64,000 nucleotides of DNA from an uncultured Chlamydiae bacterium (GTDB lineage Bacteria > Chlamydiota > Chlamydiia > Chlamydiales > Parachlamydiaceae): assembly GCA_963830365.1 (NCBI GenBank), contig CAWHMU010000039.1, positions 1-64,000 on the forward strand. Reading direction: 5' to 3'. This document shows, in pieces, positions 51,422 to 60,333 of the stretch. Positions within the stretch are counted from its first letter, which is position 1. Every line of letters begins with the position of its first letter. The notes under the pieces were generated by a model. That model was not told the DNA's origin. It made no database searches and was given only the letters and a program-made list of their open reading frames with translations. The position numbers and the translations under genes were made by a program.

Positions 51422-51604
51422 TCAACGCAAACAGCCAAGAGCGCAAAGAAAGCCAACAGAAAAATCATATTACATCATGACAGGATAGCTATGACGCTTT
51501 CGCTATGATTTGAGCAGGTATTCCCCTTTGAAGTTATGTGTGTCTTATATTTTATGGCTTGTTCCTTTGCGGCTTTGCGTGCTTGGCTGTGCCTTTGCGT
51601 TTAA
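51422..51604. repeat. CACAGAG-family variant (CGCAAAG) inverted-repeat element
   Basis: TCAACGCAAACAGCCAAGAGCGCAAAGAA / CTTTGCGGCTTTGCGTGCTTGGCTGTGCCTTTGCGTTTAA. Confidence 0.7.
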
Positions 51605-51656
51605 TCGAATGCACAGCTTATTGATCGCAGAAATGCTGCGACAGCAGAGTCTGGGC

Positions 51657-52523
51657 TTAATTGACGAAGATCAGACCCTGGATGTCGGGGAGGCCGAGCT
51701 CGCTTTGGCCGGTGACGACATGCAGGTTGGGCAGGATAAAGATGTCCTGGCTATGATGGGAATGGCCGCATAGGACGAGCAGTTGCTTTTCAGGATGATG
51801 CTGCATGACATCTTTCAAGGCCTCGCCTGTGGCTTTGCCAACGAAGTGCGGGGACCAGTTGGCATCTGAAGGCTTGCCATCAAAAAGGCAAGCTTCTTCA
51901 AAAGGCGGCACATGCGTAAGCAGTACCACGTGCGTATAAATCTTAAAGGCTTTGATCAATTGCTTTTTCAAAAAACCGGCAGCTTCAGTGCCCAACTCAT
52001 GCAGCTTAAGCATGCGCTCTTCCTGATTCAGGCGTTTTAGCTCTTCAATTAGATAGTAGTCGTTAAGCATGATGTCGGAGTTAAGGAAGTCACCGGCCCT
52101 GGCATCGGACCAGCCATCATGGCCGATCAAGGCGGTATGTTTGGAAAGCTGGATGATGCCATTGTCGGTGAGGTATTGGATCTTGGAATTGCTCTTGGTC
52201 AAGGCATGTGCCATGCGACGCGTTTGAGCAATAGAGCCGTAGTAGAAATCGTGATTACCAAGCACAAAATAAAACTGCTTGTCGATCAGTTTTTCCAAAT
52301 TGGCCAAATGCATCAACGAGGCGGTGCCATTGCTGATATCACCGCCGATAAGCACAAGATCCGGCTCATGCGAAGCAATTAATTCGTGAAACATCCGATA
52401 CTGGGCTTTATCTATGGCATCCAGATGCAGATCCGTCAGCCAGATCAGCCGCCTTATCGAGGCGCCGCTATCATCTCTGAAATTAATTTCATGCGTCATT
52501 ACGGCCACAGTTCCTGCATTCAT
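51657..52523 (-). CDS. Calcineurin-like metallophosphoesterase (CpdA/Icc-like)
   Basis: TDLH, GGDI, GNHD, THVPP, GHSH motifs. Confidence 0.9.
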   Translation of the reverse strand: MNAGTVAVMTHEINFRDDSGASIRRLIWLTDLHLDAIDKAQYRMFHELIASHEPDLVLIGGDISNGTASLMHLANLEKLIDKQFYFVLGNHDFYYGSIAQTRRMAHALTKSNSKIQYLTDNGIIQLSKHTALIGHDGWSDARAGDFLNSDIMLNDYYLIEELKRLNQEERMLKLHELGTEAAGFLKKQLIKAFKIYTHVVLLTHVPPFEEACLFDGKPSDANWSPHFVGKATGEALKDVMQHHPEKQLLVLCGHSHHSQDIFILPNLHVVTGQSELGLPDIQGLIFVN

Positions 52524-52589
52524 ACTTGTATATTTTGTAAGGAAAAACTAGGGTAAAGTACAGTATTTTCTTACTTTATTGAGTAAATC

Positions 52590-53048
52590 ATGTCATTTGA
52601 GCAGTCCTTGACCTGTATGCCTTATACCCCTTCAGCCGGGATGCTATTCCCTCTCCTACCTGATGATTCCAACGCCATCGCAGACTGTCTGTCTGCGACG
52701 CCTGTCGAAAGTGTGGCTTTTAGCCTGGCAGCGCTGGCAGCGCGCATTTTTATACCTTGTCTGAGCGTGCCATTATTAGGCATTGCAGCTGGCGTGCTGA
52801 CAACTAAGCTTGTGTGGAAATTTTTTGATCGCTATAATGCCCCCATGGCCGGCATCACCAAAATTGCCTGCAGATTTAATAAAAAACACCCAAAGTTGCA
52901 GCTAATCACATTTATCTTTACACTCGCCATCAGTTGCTTCTCGCAAGGGTTGGGTTTGCTCGCAGGGACATTGCTTGGCTGCTTTGGGGCGGTCATTCTG
53001 GATGTCGAAAGTTACAAGCTCATCCAACAGGCGAGGCGAAAGGGATAA
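52590..53048 (+). CDS. Hydrophobic hypothetical membrane protein (two hairpins, Inc-like)
   Basis: Two bilobed hydrophobic segments in 152 aa. Confidence 0.6.
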   Translation: MSFEQSLTCMPYTPSAGMLFPLLPDDSNAIADCLSATPVESVAFSLAALAARIFIPCLSVPLLGIAAGVLTTKLVWKFFDRYNAPMAGITKIACRFNKKHPKLQLITFIFTLAISCFSQGLGLLAGTLLGCFGAVILDVESYKLIQQARRKG

Positions 53049-53075
53049 AAATCTAACACTCTTTAAGGATGTCAC

Positions 53076-53666
53076 GTGTCTATATTCGCTCTGGCCCTCA
53101 CCTTTTTCCTGGTTGCCAACCCCATTGGCAACTCACCGGCCATGCTGGCCCTGGTCAAAGATTTCCCGTTCGAACGCCAAAAGATCATCATCTTCCGCGA
53201 AGGCATCATCGCATTCATCATCGCCATCTTCTTCCAATTCTTCGGCGAACTGTTCTTGGGCGCCCTGCACATCAGCGACTATGCCTTAGCGCTTACCGGC
53301 GGCATGGTGCTATTTATTGTCGCCCTGCAGATGCTGTTTCATAAGCCAGAAGAAAAACAAGGCGTCCAATTAAAGCAAGAGCCTTTTATCGTCCCGATCG
53401 CCACGCCGTTGATTTCAGGGCCCGGATTGATGACCATGATCATGGTCAGCTCGCGCGCCGAAGCTAACGACCTTAAAATGACGCTTGCTATCATGCTGGC
53501 ATGGGTGGGCGTGATGGCCGTTGTCATCGGCGCTCCCTACCTGCAGAAGCTGATCGGCAAACACGGCCTGGCCGCCCTCGAACAGGTCATGGGTCTCGTA
53601 TTGGGCCTGATGTCGATGCAGATGATTATCAATGGCGCCTATCTATTTGCCAAAACCCTTTCATAA
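53076..53666 (+). CDS. MarC/YhgN family membrane protein
   Basis: NPIGN, TGGMVLF, VPIATPLISGPG, QVMGLVL. Confidence 0.92.
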   Translation: MSIFALALTFFLVANPIGNSPAMLALVKDFPFERQKIIIFREGIIAFIIAIFFQFFGELFLGALHISDYALALTGGMVLFIVALQMLFHKPEEKQGVQLKQEPFIVPIATPLISGPGLMTMIMVSSRAEANDLKMTLAIMLAWVGVMAVVIGAPYLQKLIGKHGLAALEQVMGLVLGLMSMQMIINGAYLFAKTLS

Positions 53667-53680
53667 TTCAGGAATACATC

Positions 53681-54274
53681 ATGACGCTGCTAAATCTTGC
53701 CATCATCCTGTTTCTAATCATGGATCCCATCGGCAACATCTCATCCTTCCTCAATACCATGCGCGATATCCCCGCCAAGCGGCGCCAGGTGATCATCATG
53801 CGGGAAATGCTGATCGCGCTTGGCGCAATGATAGCCTTCAATTATCTTGGAGAATTTATCTTCAATGTACTCAAGGTCTCAGAAACAGCTTTGCGGCTGG
53901 CGTCCGGCGCTATCTTATTCCTCGTAGCCATCAAAATCCTGTTTCCCAGCTCTGACAGCCTAAGGGCCAACCTACCGGCCGACGAGCCTTTCGTCACGCC
54001 GCTTGCCATCCCGCTCATCGCCGGTCCCTCGTTGCTGGCCACCATCATGCTATTTGCCCATCTGGAGCCAAGCCTGCTTTCCATGCTGGGAGCCATCCTG
54101 TTGGCCTGGACGGCTGCCGCAGCCATCCTGCTCTCTGGAGCGCGCCTGCATAAACTATTGGGTGTGAATGGCTTGATGGCTTGCGAGCGCCTGATGGCCA
54201 TGGTCCTGATCATGCTGGCCATCCAGCGCTTCCTGGAAGGCGTGCAGATGTTCGCCAAAAACTGCACGCTTTAA
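53681..54274 (+). CDS. MarC/YhgN family membrane protein
   Basis: LFLIMDPIGN, REMLIAL, PLAIPLIAGPS, ERLM; start placed at ATG 53681. Confidence 0.92.
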   Translation: MTLLNLAIILFLIMDPIGNISSFLNTMRDIPAKRRQVIIMREMLIALGAMIAFNYLGEFIFNVLKVSETALRLASGAILFLVAIKILFPSSDSLRANLPADEPFVTPLAIPLIAGPSLLATIMLFAHLEPSLLSMLGAILLAWTAAAAILLSGARLHKLLGVNGLMACERLMAMVLIMLAIQRFLEGVQMFAKNCTL

Positions 54275-55027
54275 ATGCATAACATTAAGCTGACAGTCGC
54301 TTATGATGGTACTAACTACCTCGGCTGGCAGAAGACCGGCATGGGGCCGAGCATTGAAGAGACGCTGCAGGTAGTACTGGAAAGGATTTTACAAGAAAAA
54401 ATCGTATTGCAGGCCGCCAGCCGCACCGATGCAGGCGTGCATGCCGAAGGACAAATCGTCAATTTCCTTACAGGCAAACCGTCGCTGCCGCTACAGCGCC
54501 TGCAGATAAGCTTGAATCGCCTGCTGCCGAAAGACATAGCCATCCTGGGGGTGGAACTAGCCGAGGAAGGCTTTCACCCCACCCTTGACTGCCTAGGCAA
54601 GGAATACAACTATACGCTATGCTATGGCCGGGCGCAGCTGCCCATGCATCGGTTATATTCCTGGCATTATCCTCACCGACTTGATATCGCCGCCATGCAT
54701 GCGGCAGCGCTGCAGCTTACTGGCGAGCATGATTTTACCGCATTCTGCAACTTCAAGAGAAATCATACCTATGTACATTACGTGCGGAATGTGCATACGA
54801 TCATGGTCAATGAATTGCCGGGACAGCGCCTATGCCTGTGCGTGCAGGGCAATAATTTTCTCTACAAGATGGTGCGCAACCTCGTGGGCACCATCGTCTA
54901 TGCAGGCTGCGGCAAAATTGCTGTAGCAGACATTCCCGCCATTATAGCCGCCGGGAAGCGTCCAAGCGCCGGCGTCACTGCCCCTGCCCATGGTCTGTGC
55001 CTGAAACGTGTTTTTTATGCAGAATGA
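54275..55027 (+). CDS. truA: tRNA pseudouridine(38-40) synthase
   Basis: YDGTNYLGWQ, SRTDAGVHA, GEHDF, FLYKMVR, TAPAHGL. Confidence 0.97.
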   Translation: MHNIKLTVAYDGTNYLGWQKTGMGPSIEETLQVVLERILQEKIVLQAASRTDAGVHAEGQIVNFLTGKPSLPLQRLQISLNRLLPKDIAILGVELAEEGFHPTLDCLGKEYNYTLCYGRAQLPMHRLYSWHYPHRLDIAAMHAAALQLTGEHDFTAFCNFKRNHTYVHYVRNVHTIMVNELPGQRLCLCVQGNNFLYKMVRNLVGTIVYAGCGKIAVADIPAIIAAGKRPSAGVTAPAHGLCLKRVFYAE

Positions 55028-55254
55028 ATTTTATGATATCATTATCTTTGCATAATAGACCGTGAGTCCGATTCAACGCAAAGCGTGTCAGTTCCTTCGG
55101 CCCCCCCTATCTGGAAATAACATGGAATGCGACACGGTGACACTAAAAGTTGTTTGATTAGAGGGCGATGGAGGCATACCAGCATCTAGATGCTGGTATA
55201 TAAGGCTATTGTTTTAATTCCAACCAACGAAACACCCCTGATTTCAGAACCTGT

Positions 55255-55436
55255 GTTAGCCGTGAATGCGGCGGACGCATGTAGCCACAGGTGTGAACAT
55301 AAGAAATATGAAGCCGTGTCTACGGCGACAGTGCGTCCGGAGACTCTTCCCCCTAGACACGGCTTGGGGGCATTGGCTGTGATTACCACAGGTTCACACC
55401 TGTGGCTACATGCTTCTGCCGTATTCACGGCTAACT
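55255..55436. repeat. REP-like palindromic element (TGTAGCC family)
   Basis: GTTAGCCGTGAATGCGGCGGACGCATGTAGCCACAGGTGTGAAC / GTTCACACCTGTGGCTACATGCTTCTGCCGTATTCACGGCTAAC, inner arms GCCGTGTCTA/TAGACACGGC. Confidence 0.8.
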
Positions 55437-55576
55437 CAAGCTTTTGTCAGGGATATTTTGATGGATGCTCTATGCCGCAAAATAATGTGGAATTCAACAT
55501 AGCGATATTAAACGGCATATGATTTGTTATTTAGGAGAAAACAAGCCGCACATAGCACAACATGGCAGGATAACCA

Positions 55577-55610
55577 CGGGGGTAACCTCGGGGGTAACCT
55601 CGGGGGTAAC
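55577..55610. repeat. Short tandem repeat, 12-bp unit, ~3 copies
   Basis: CGGGGGTAACCT CGGGGGTAACCT CGGGGGTAAC. Confidence 0.7.
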
Positions 55611-55725
55611 TGAGATAGGTGCTGCTGGCTTTCACTGCGTTCTTTGCGCGCTTGGCTGCTTCTTTGCATTGAATCGGATTCACAACCCATTAACAAATTA
55701 CATAAGGCTGTAAATCCAGTGTTAG

Positions 55726-56163
55726 TTAGATCAATTCCAAGAAGCGGGCTGCATACCATGCAACGAAGATGACCACCACCGAGGCTAGCACCCACAGGGC
55801 ATTAGGTACCCATTTGACGCCGGCACCGGGGTTGCCGCGCACTTCGAGCGTGCCGATGCCATAGCAAAATTCCTGCTCTTGATGGCGGTTGAAGGCTTCG
55901 TGGTTATCTTTGATGATTTTCTCGCCGTCCAAACCTAAAAAGGCCGCATATTGCCTGACAAAACCTTGCGCATAGACTGGAGAAATCAGTTTGCTGACAT
56001 CGCCTTCTTCGATAGAATGCAGATAATTCATTCGGATCGAAGTCGCATTCTCAGCCTCTTTTAGAGATATATTTCTCTCAGAACGGCGCTGTTTGAAAGT
56101 TTCTCCTATGCTTTTCATATCAGTTTTGTTTATCATAATGCAGTCTTCCACTCGTCTTGACAA
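55726..56163 (-). CDS. rodZ: RodZ-like HTH membrane protein (CT009 homolog)
   Basis: IGETFKQRR..RNISL.E....TSIR..YL.SIEEG...VYAQGFVRQYA.FLGLD, C-terminal TM; divergent from rnhC; start may be 56136. Confidence 0.85.
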   Translation of the reverse strand: MSRRVEDCIMINKTDMKSIGETFKQRRSERNISLKEAENATSIRMNYLHSIEEGDVSKLISPVYAQGFVRQYAAFLGLDGEKIIKDNHEAFNRHQEQEFCYGIGTLEVRGNPGAGVKWVPNALWVLASVVVIFVAWYAARFLELI

Positions 56164-56333
56164 GTCGAAGCCATCCTCCTTCGGGTTATAGGCAAGTCGT
56201 TTTACCTAGCCTTTGTTATACACTAATTGCAATTAAAAGAGAAAAGAGAAAAATACAGCTCAACTATTCCAAAAAAAATGCATCCTGGAATTCCAGCTTT
56301 GATTGCCGATCACTATAAACAACATTAAAAATT

Positions 56334-57257
56334 ATGAATGATTCAGCCCCCTCTTCTTCTGTCTTCGTCGCCACCATCGACATCGTGCTTGCAAAAAAAA
56401 TGATCCAGGATCTGAAAAATCAGGATTTCGACATTACCATTCCTCAATATACTGTCTTTGCGGCCAAAAAAAAAGGGGTCTCCTGCACCTTATATAAATC
56501 CGGCAAGCTTACCGTCCAGGGCAAAGAAATGGGAGCCTTCATCGAATTCTACCTCGAACCCCACATCCTAAAAACTTTTACCTACAGCTATAAAGAGGTC
56601 CTACCAGCCACCGAACATAACCTCACCGGACATATCGGCATTGACGAATCCGGCAAAGGCGACTTCTTCGGTCCCCTCTGCGTCGCCGGCGTCTTTGCAG
56701 CCGGCGATGGCATCGCCAGGCTCAAGCAGCTCGGCGTGCGCGATTCCAAAACCCTCACCGATGCCGCCATCCTGACGCTGGCCCATAAGATCCGCCAGGA
56801 ATTCTTGCACCATATCGTCAAAATCAACCCTCCAAAATATAATGAACTGATCGTGCAATTCAAAAACCTCAACCGCCTGTTGGCCTGGGGACACGCCACC
56901 GCTATCGAACAGCTGGCCGAGCGGACAGGCTGCCGGCATATCGTCGTCGACCAATTCGCCAACGAAGAGGTGGTGCTGACGGCCGTCAAGCGCAAAAAAC
57001 TTGACCTGGACATCACACAGCGCCATCGGGCTGAAGAGGACATCGTCGTGGCTGCCGCTTCGATACTAGCGCGCTGCGCCTTTGTGGAGGGGTTGGCTAT
57101 GCTGGAAAAACAATACGGACAGGCGTTGCCTAAGGGCGCCTCGCAAAAGACCATCGCCGCCGGACGTCAGTTTGTGCGCACCCATGGCAGGGAAAACTTG
57201 GGCCAGGTCGCCAAACTCCACTTTAAAACCCTTGACTCCGTTATTGAAAGGGGCTAG
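56334..57257 (+). CDS. rnhC: Ribonuclease HIII
   Basis: N-terminal YKSGKLTVQG domain, IGIDESGKGDFFGPL, VRDSK, VDQF, VAAASILAR, KLHFK. Confidence 0.96.
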   Translation: MNDSAPSSSVFVATIDIVLAKKMIQDLKNQDFDITIPQYTVFAAKKKGVSCTLYKSGKLTVQGKEMGAFIEFYLEPHILKTFTYSYKEVLPATEHNLTGHIGIDESGKGDFFGPLCVAGVFAAGDGIARLKQLGVRDSKTLTDAAILTLAHKIRQEFLHHIVKINPPKYNELIVQFKNLNRLLAWGHATAIEQLAERTGCRHIVVDQFANEEVVLTAVKRKKLDLDITQRHRAEEDIVVAAASILARCAFVEGLAMLEKQYGQALPKGASQKTIAAGRQFVRTHGRENLGQVAKLHFKTLDSVIERG

Positions 57258-57299
57258 CAGAACAGGGGGGATATGACTGGCAGTAATTCCTGCCGAAAG

Positions 57300-57435
57300 T
57301 TCACCACAGTGGCAAAGAGACACAGAAAAAAACTAGCTATTGGTCCTGCCCTAGACTTCCTTTTACTTCTATGCTGTTTGTCCTGTTTTTTTGTATCGTT
57401 GTTTTCTCGGCGCCTCTAGGGCGCTGTGGTAAATT
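57300..57435. repeat. CACAGAG-type inverted-repeat element
   Basis: TTCACCACAGTGGCAAAGAGACACAGAA / TTCTCGGCGCCTCTAGGGCGCTGTGGTAAATT. Confidence 0.7.
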
Positions 57436-57530
57436 TTTTTAGACAGAATTGCCGCCTTATTTGTTACCAACTTGCGTTATTATCGACAAAACGGCAGAAT
57501 GACCCTAATTTTCTAATGAAAGGGATTTTT

Positions 57531-58016
57531 ATGAGCAATCGCATCACACTGGGCATGACGATCGCCGTTTTAGGCGGGTTTGCCATCATCTTACTCATGA
57601 ATATCGCGGCGCTCATGGGCTTCATTCCGGCTAAATACATTTCTCCCAATGATGTGCGCGGCATGGCGGTGGAACATGACCATGTGCTATATACGCTCAA
57701 TTTCGCCCAACAAAACACGCTCATCGACATCTTCAACCGTACCATTCCGGTATCCCCTGAAGTAGTCGAGACGCGTAAAACGACGATGAAGCAGTCTTCC
57801 GGCGTCCAAAAAATCATCATTTACCGCTTCAACGCGCCTGACATCGAAATCCGTCCAGTGGCCTATGTTAAAAAGAGCAGTTCAGCCATGACACAAACCG
57901 ACCAGGGACATGGCAACATTGTCTTTTCAGTCCCTGAGTGGAACCGGGACGGCCTGCTCGAAGAGGCAGCCTCTGATGAAACCCATAATCTACTCCTTAC
58001 AACCTACGACCATTAA
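57531..58016 (+). CDS. Hypothetical membrane-anchored protein
   Basis: N-terminal TM helix; ORF ends 14 bp before recN. Confidence 0.7.
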   Translation: MSNRITLGMTIAVLGGFAIILLMNIAALMGFIPAKYISPNDVRGMAVEHDHVLYTLNFAQQNTLIDIFNRTIPVSPEVVETRKTTMKQSSGVQKIIIYRFNAPDIEIRPVAYVKKSSSAMTQTDQGHGNIVFSVPEWNRDGLLEEAASDETHNLLLTTYDH

Positions 58017-58030
58017 CAACATCTTTTGCT

Positions 58031-59644
58031 ATGCTTAAAGAACTACGCCTCACCAATATCGTCTTAGTCGAATCTGCCGCCATCCAATTCGCCGCCGGCT
58101 TCAACGTCTTGTCAGGTGAAAGCGGCGCCGGCAAATCGGCCATCATGAACGCGCTAAACCTCATCGCCGGCGAGCGCTGCGACACCTCCTATCTTCGGCG
58201 CGGGGCCGACAAAGGCATCGTCGAAGCCGTTTTCGATATCGACCAGATTCCACGCCTAGCCATACTGCTCGACGAGGCCGGTATCGACCATGAGCGGGGA
58301 ACAGAACTGCTCATCCGCCGCGAACTTGCCGCTACAGGCAAAAGCCGGGCCTTTATCAACAACCAGTTAGCCCAAGCTACCCTGCTGCGGCAAATTTCGG
58401 AACATCTCTTTGATGTTATCGGCCAGCATGCCAACCAGAAATTACTGTCGCTGGACTACCACCGCCATGCCCTTGACCTTTATGGCGACTTGCAAAGGGA
58501 TATGTCTTCCTTTGCCAAGTGCTGGGATGAAGAGCTGCATACGCGCCAAAAGCTCGAGAAGCTGATCAGTTCAGAAGCCCAACGCCTCCGCGACATCGAA
58601 ATCTGCCGCATGGAGATCGAAGAGCTCGAAGAGGCCAACCTAAAGGAAGACGAAGAAGAGCTGCTATTTGCCGAATATACACAGCTGTCGCATGCCGACG
58701 AGCTGTTGCAAAAAGCCGGCGAGCTCAACCGCATGTTCAGCGGGGAAAAAAGCGCCGTCCTCACCCAGCTGGGCCGTCAAAAAACGACGCTTGAACAGCT
58801 AGTGCGCCTGGCTCCCACACTGGCTGAAACCGCCACCACCTATGAAAATGCCTTGCTCGAACTTGAAGAAGTCGCCCACACCCTACGCCTTTATGAAGCG
58901 CGCATCGAACACAATCCGGAACAAGCCGCCCAGCTTAGTGCCCGCCTGGAACTCATCACGCGCTTGAAACGCAAATATGGCCACTCTGTCGCCGATATCA
59001 ATGCCTATTTACTGCAATCACAGAGCAAGCTCGGCCAGCTCGAAACGACCGACGATCAGATCGCCGCCCTGCAAGAAAAACTCAGCGTCTTGTGTGCCGA
59101 AAGCAACGCCCTGGCGGCTGGCCTTACAGAGGGCCGCAAGCAGGCTGCCACCCATCTGCAAGCTGCTATCGTAGAACATCTGCGTGCTTTAAATATGCCT
59201 AAAGTCGAAATCTTTGTGGAAGTGCTTCCCCAGAAACGCAACCGCTGCGGCGACGACAAAATCGAAATTTTCATCACCCCAAATGTCGGCGAGCACCGCG
59301 TCTCCTTACGCGAATGCGCAAGCGGCGGCGAACTATCGCGCACCATGCTCGCCATGCAGGCCGTCTTGGCCGGCAAGGAAAAGATGCCGACACTGGTATT
59401 CGATGAGATAGATGCCAATATCGGCGGCGAGACCGCCACCGTCGTCGGCGAAAAACTGCGTGCCATCGCCTGCCAGCACCAGGTGCTGTGCATCACCCAC
59501 TTCCCTCAGGTGGCAAAATTTGCCGAACATCACATCCGCATCTCCAAGCAGGAGGTCGACGGGCGCACCGTCACCATCGTCGATAGCCTCGATGATAATG
59601 CCCACCGGCACGAACTTACGCGCATGCTCGGCGGCAGCCGTTAA
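58031..59644 (+). CDS. recN: DNA repair protein RecN
   Basis: SGESGAGKS Walker A, coiled coil, ASGGELSR signature, FDEID, ITHFPQVA. Confidence 0.97.
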   Translation: MLKELRLTNIVLVESAAIQFAAGFNVLSGESGAGKSAIMNALNLIAGERCDTSYLRRGADKGIVEAVFDIDQIPRLAILLDEAGIDHERGTELLIRRELAATGKSRAFINNQLAQATLLRQISEHLFDVIGQHANQKLLSLDYHRHALDLYGDLQRDMSSFAKCWDEELHTRQKLEKLISSEAQRLRDIEICRMEIEELEEANLKEDEEELLFAEYTQLSHADELLQKAGELNRMFSGEKSAVLTQLGRQKTTLEQLVRLAPTLAETATTYENALLELEEVAHTLRLYEARIEHNPEQAAQLSARLELITRLKRKYGHSVADINAYLLQSQSKLGQLETTDDQIAALQEKLSVLCAESNALAAGLTEGRKQAATHLQAAIVEHLRALNMPKVEIFVEVLPQKRNRCGDDKIEIFITPNVGEHRVSLRECASGGELSRTMLAMQAVLAGKEKMPTLVFDEIDANIGGETATVVGEKLRAIACQHQVLCITHFPQVAKFAEHHIRISKQEVDGRTVTIVDSLDDNAHRHELTRMLGGSR

Positions 59645-59731
59645 GGCATCCTTAAAGCCTGTTATTTTTTTTGGTTCATCACGCAAATGAGTACCTAATT
59701 AACAAAGCCCTAACAGCAATCTCCATTTCCC

Positions 59732-59843
59732 TTCTCTGTGCCTCTTTGCCTCGGTGGTGGATCCAATACACCAACATAGGTAACACTTTGATTAATAATA
59801 CTAGTCCTCAAGCAAGCTGATTACACCACAGAGTCACAAAGAA
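59732..59843. repeat. CACAGAG-type inverted-repeat element, arms in opposite order
   Basis: TTCTCTGTGCCTCTTTGCCTCGGTGGTG / CACCACAGAGTCACAAAGAA. Confidence 0.65.
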
Positions 59844-60333
59844 GGTCGGGAAAACCTCTTGGGTACTCATTTGCGTGATGGGCCCTTTTTTTCTGCGCGA
59901 ATTGTCAATTTGTTTTGACAATGAGATCCAGGCCTTTTTCAAATAAGACTCCTTATAAATCTCAAGCCTGACCTCAAGCCGAACAACCAAAGGCTGCATT
60001 ACAGATTTTTTAAATTTCAACCTCAATCAACCTAGCATCGGCAGTTGTCCTGGAAAACCCGCCTAACCTTCTTGAATGCAACGGTTTGCCAGCAACAGAA
60101 CCTCGCCGGTTTGTTGATGTCCCCACCTTTCACAAACCATTGCAGCCAAAAACCTTGAACACCTTTTCACACGTTCAACGGCCTTTTCTAAGATCTACCA
60201 CTCATTTGCCTGATGGGCCATATATCTAATTGTGTTGAAAATACAATTTGTCGTAATGGTTTATTTAATGTCTTTTTACAAAAGCTAGCGGCCAAAAATA
60301 AAGACCTTAAATATTCCAATAGAGGCAATAAAT

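Noticed and set aside
44368..52523. Anti-phage defence island (helicase + PLD nuclease + metallophosphoesterase)
   Set aside because: Genes are interleaved with dapB/dapA and are ordinary chlamydial chromosomal types; no defence-system architecture
55190..55522. 110-aa ORF in the truA-rodZ gap (also 28565-28795, 42902-43123, 10373-10582)
   Set aside because: Translations of palindromic repeat elements; no RBS or protein-like features
10250..59843. CACAGAG repeats as a CRISPR array
   Set aside because: Copies are dispersed inverted pairs, not regularly spaced direct repeats with unique spacers; no cas genes
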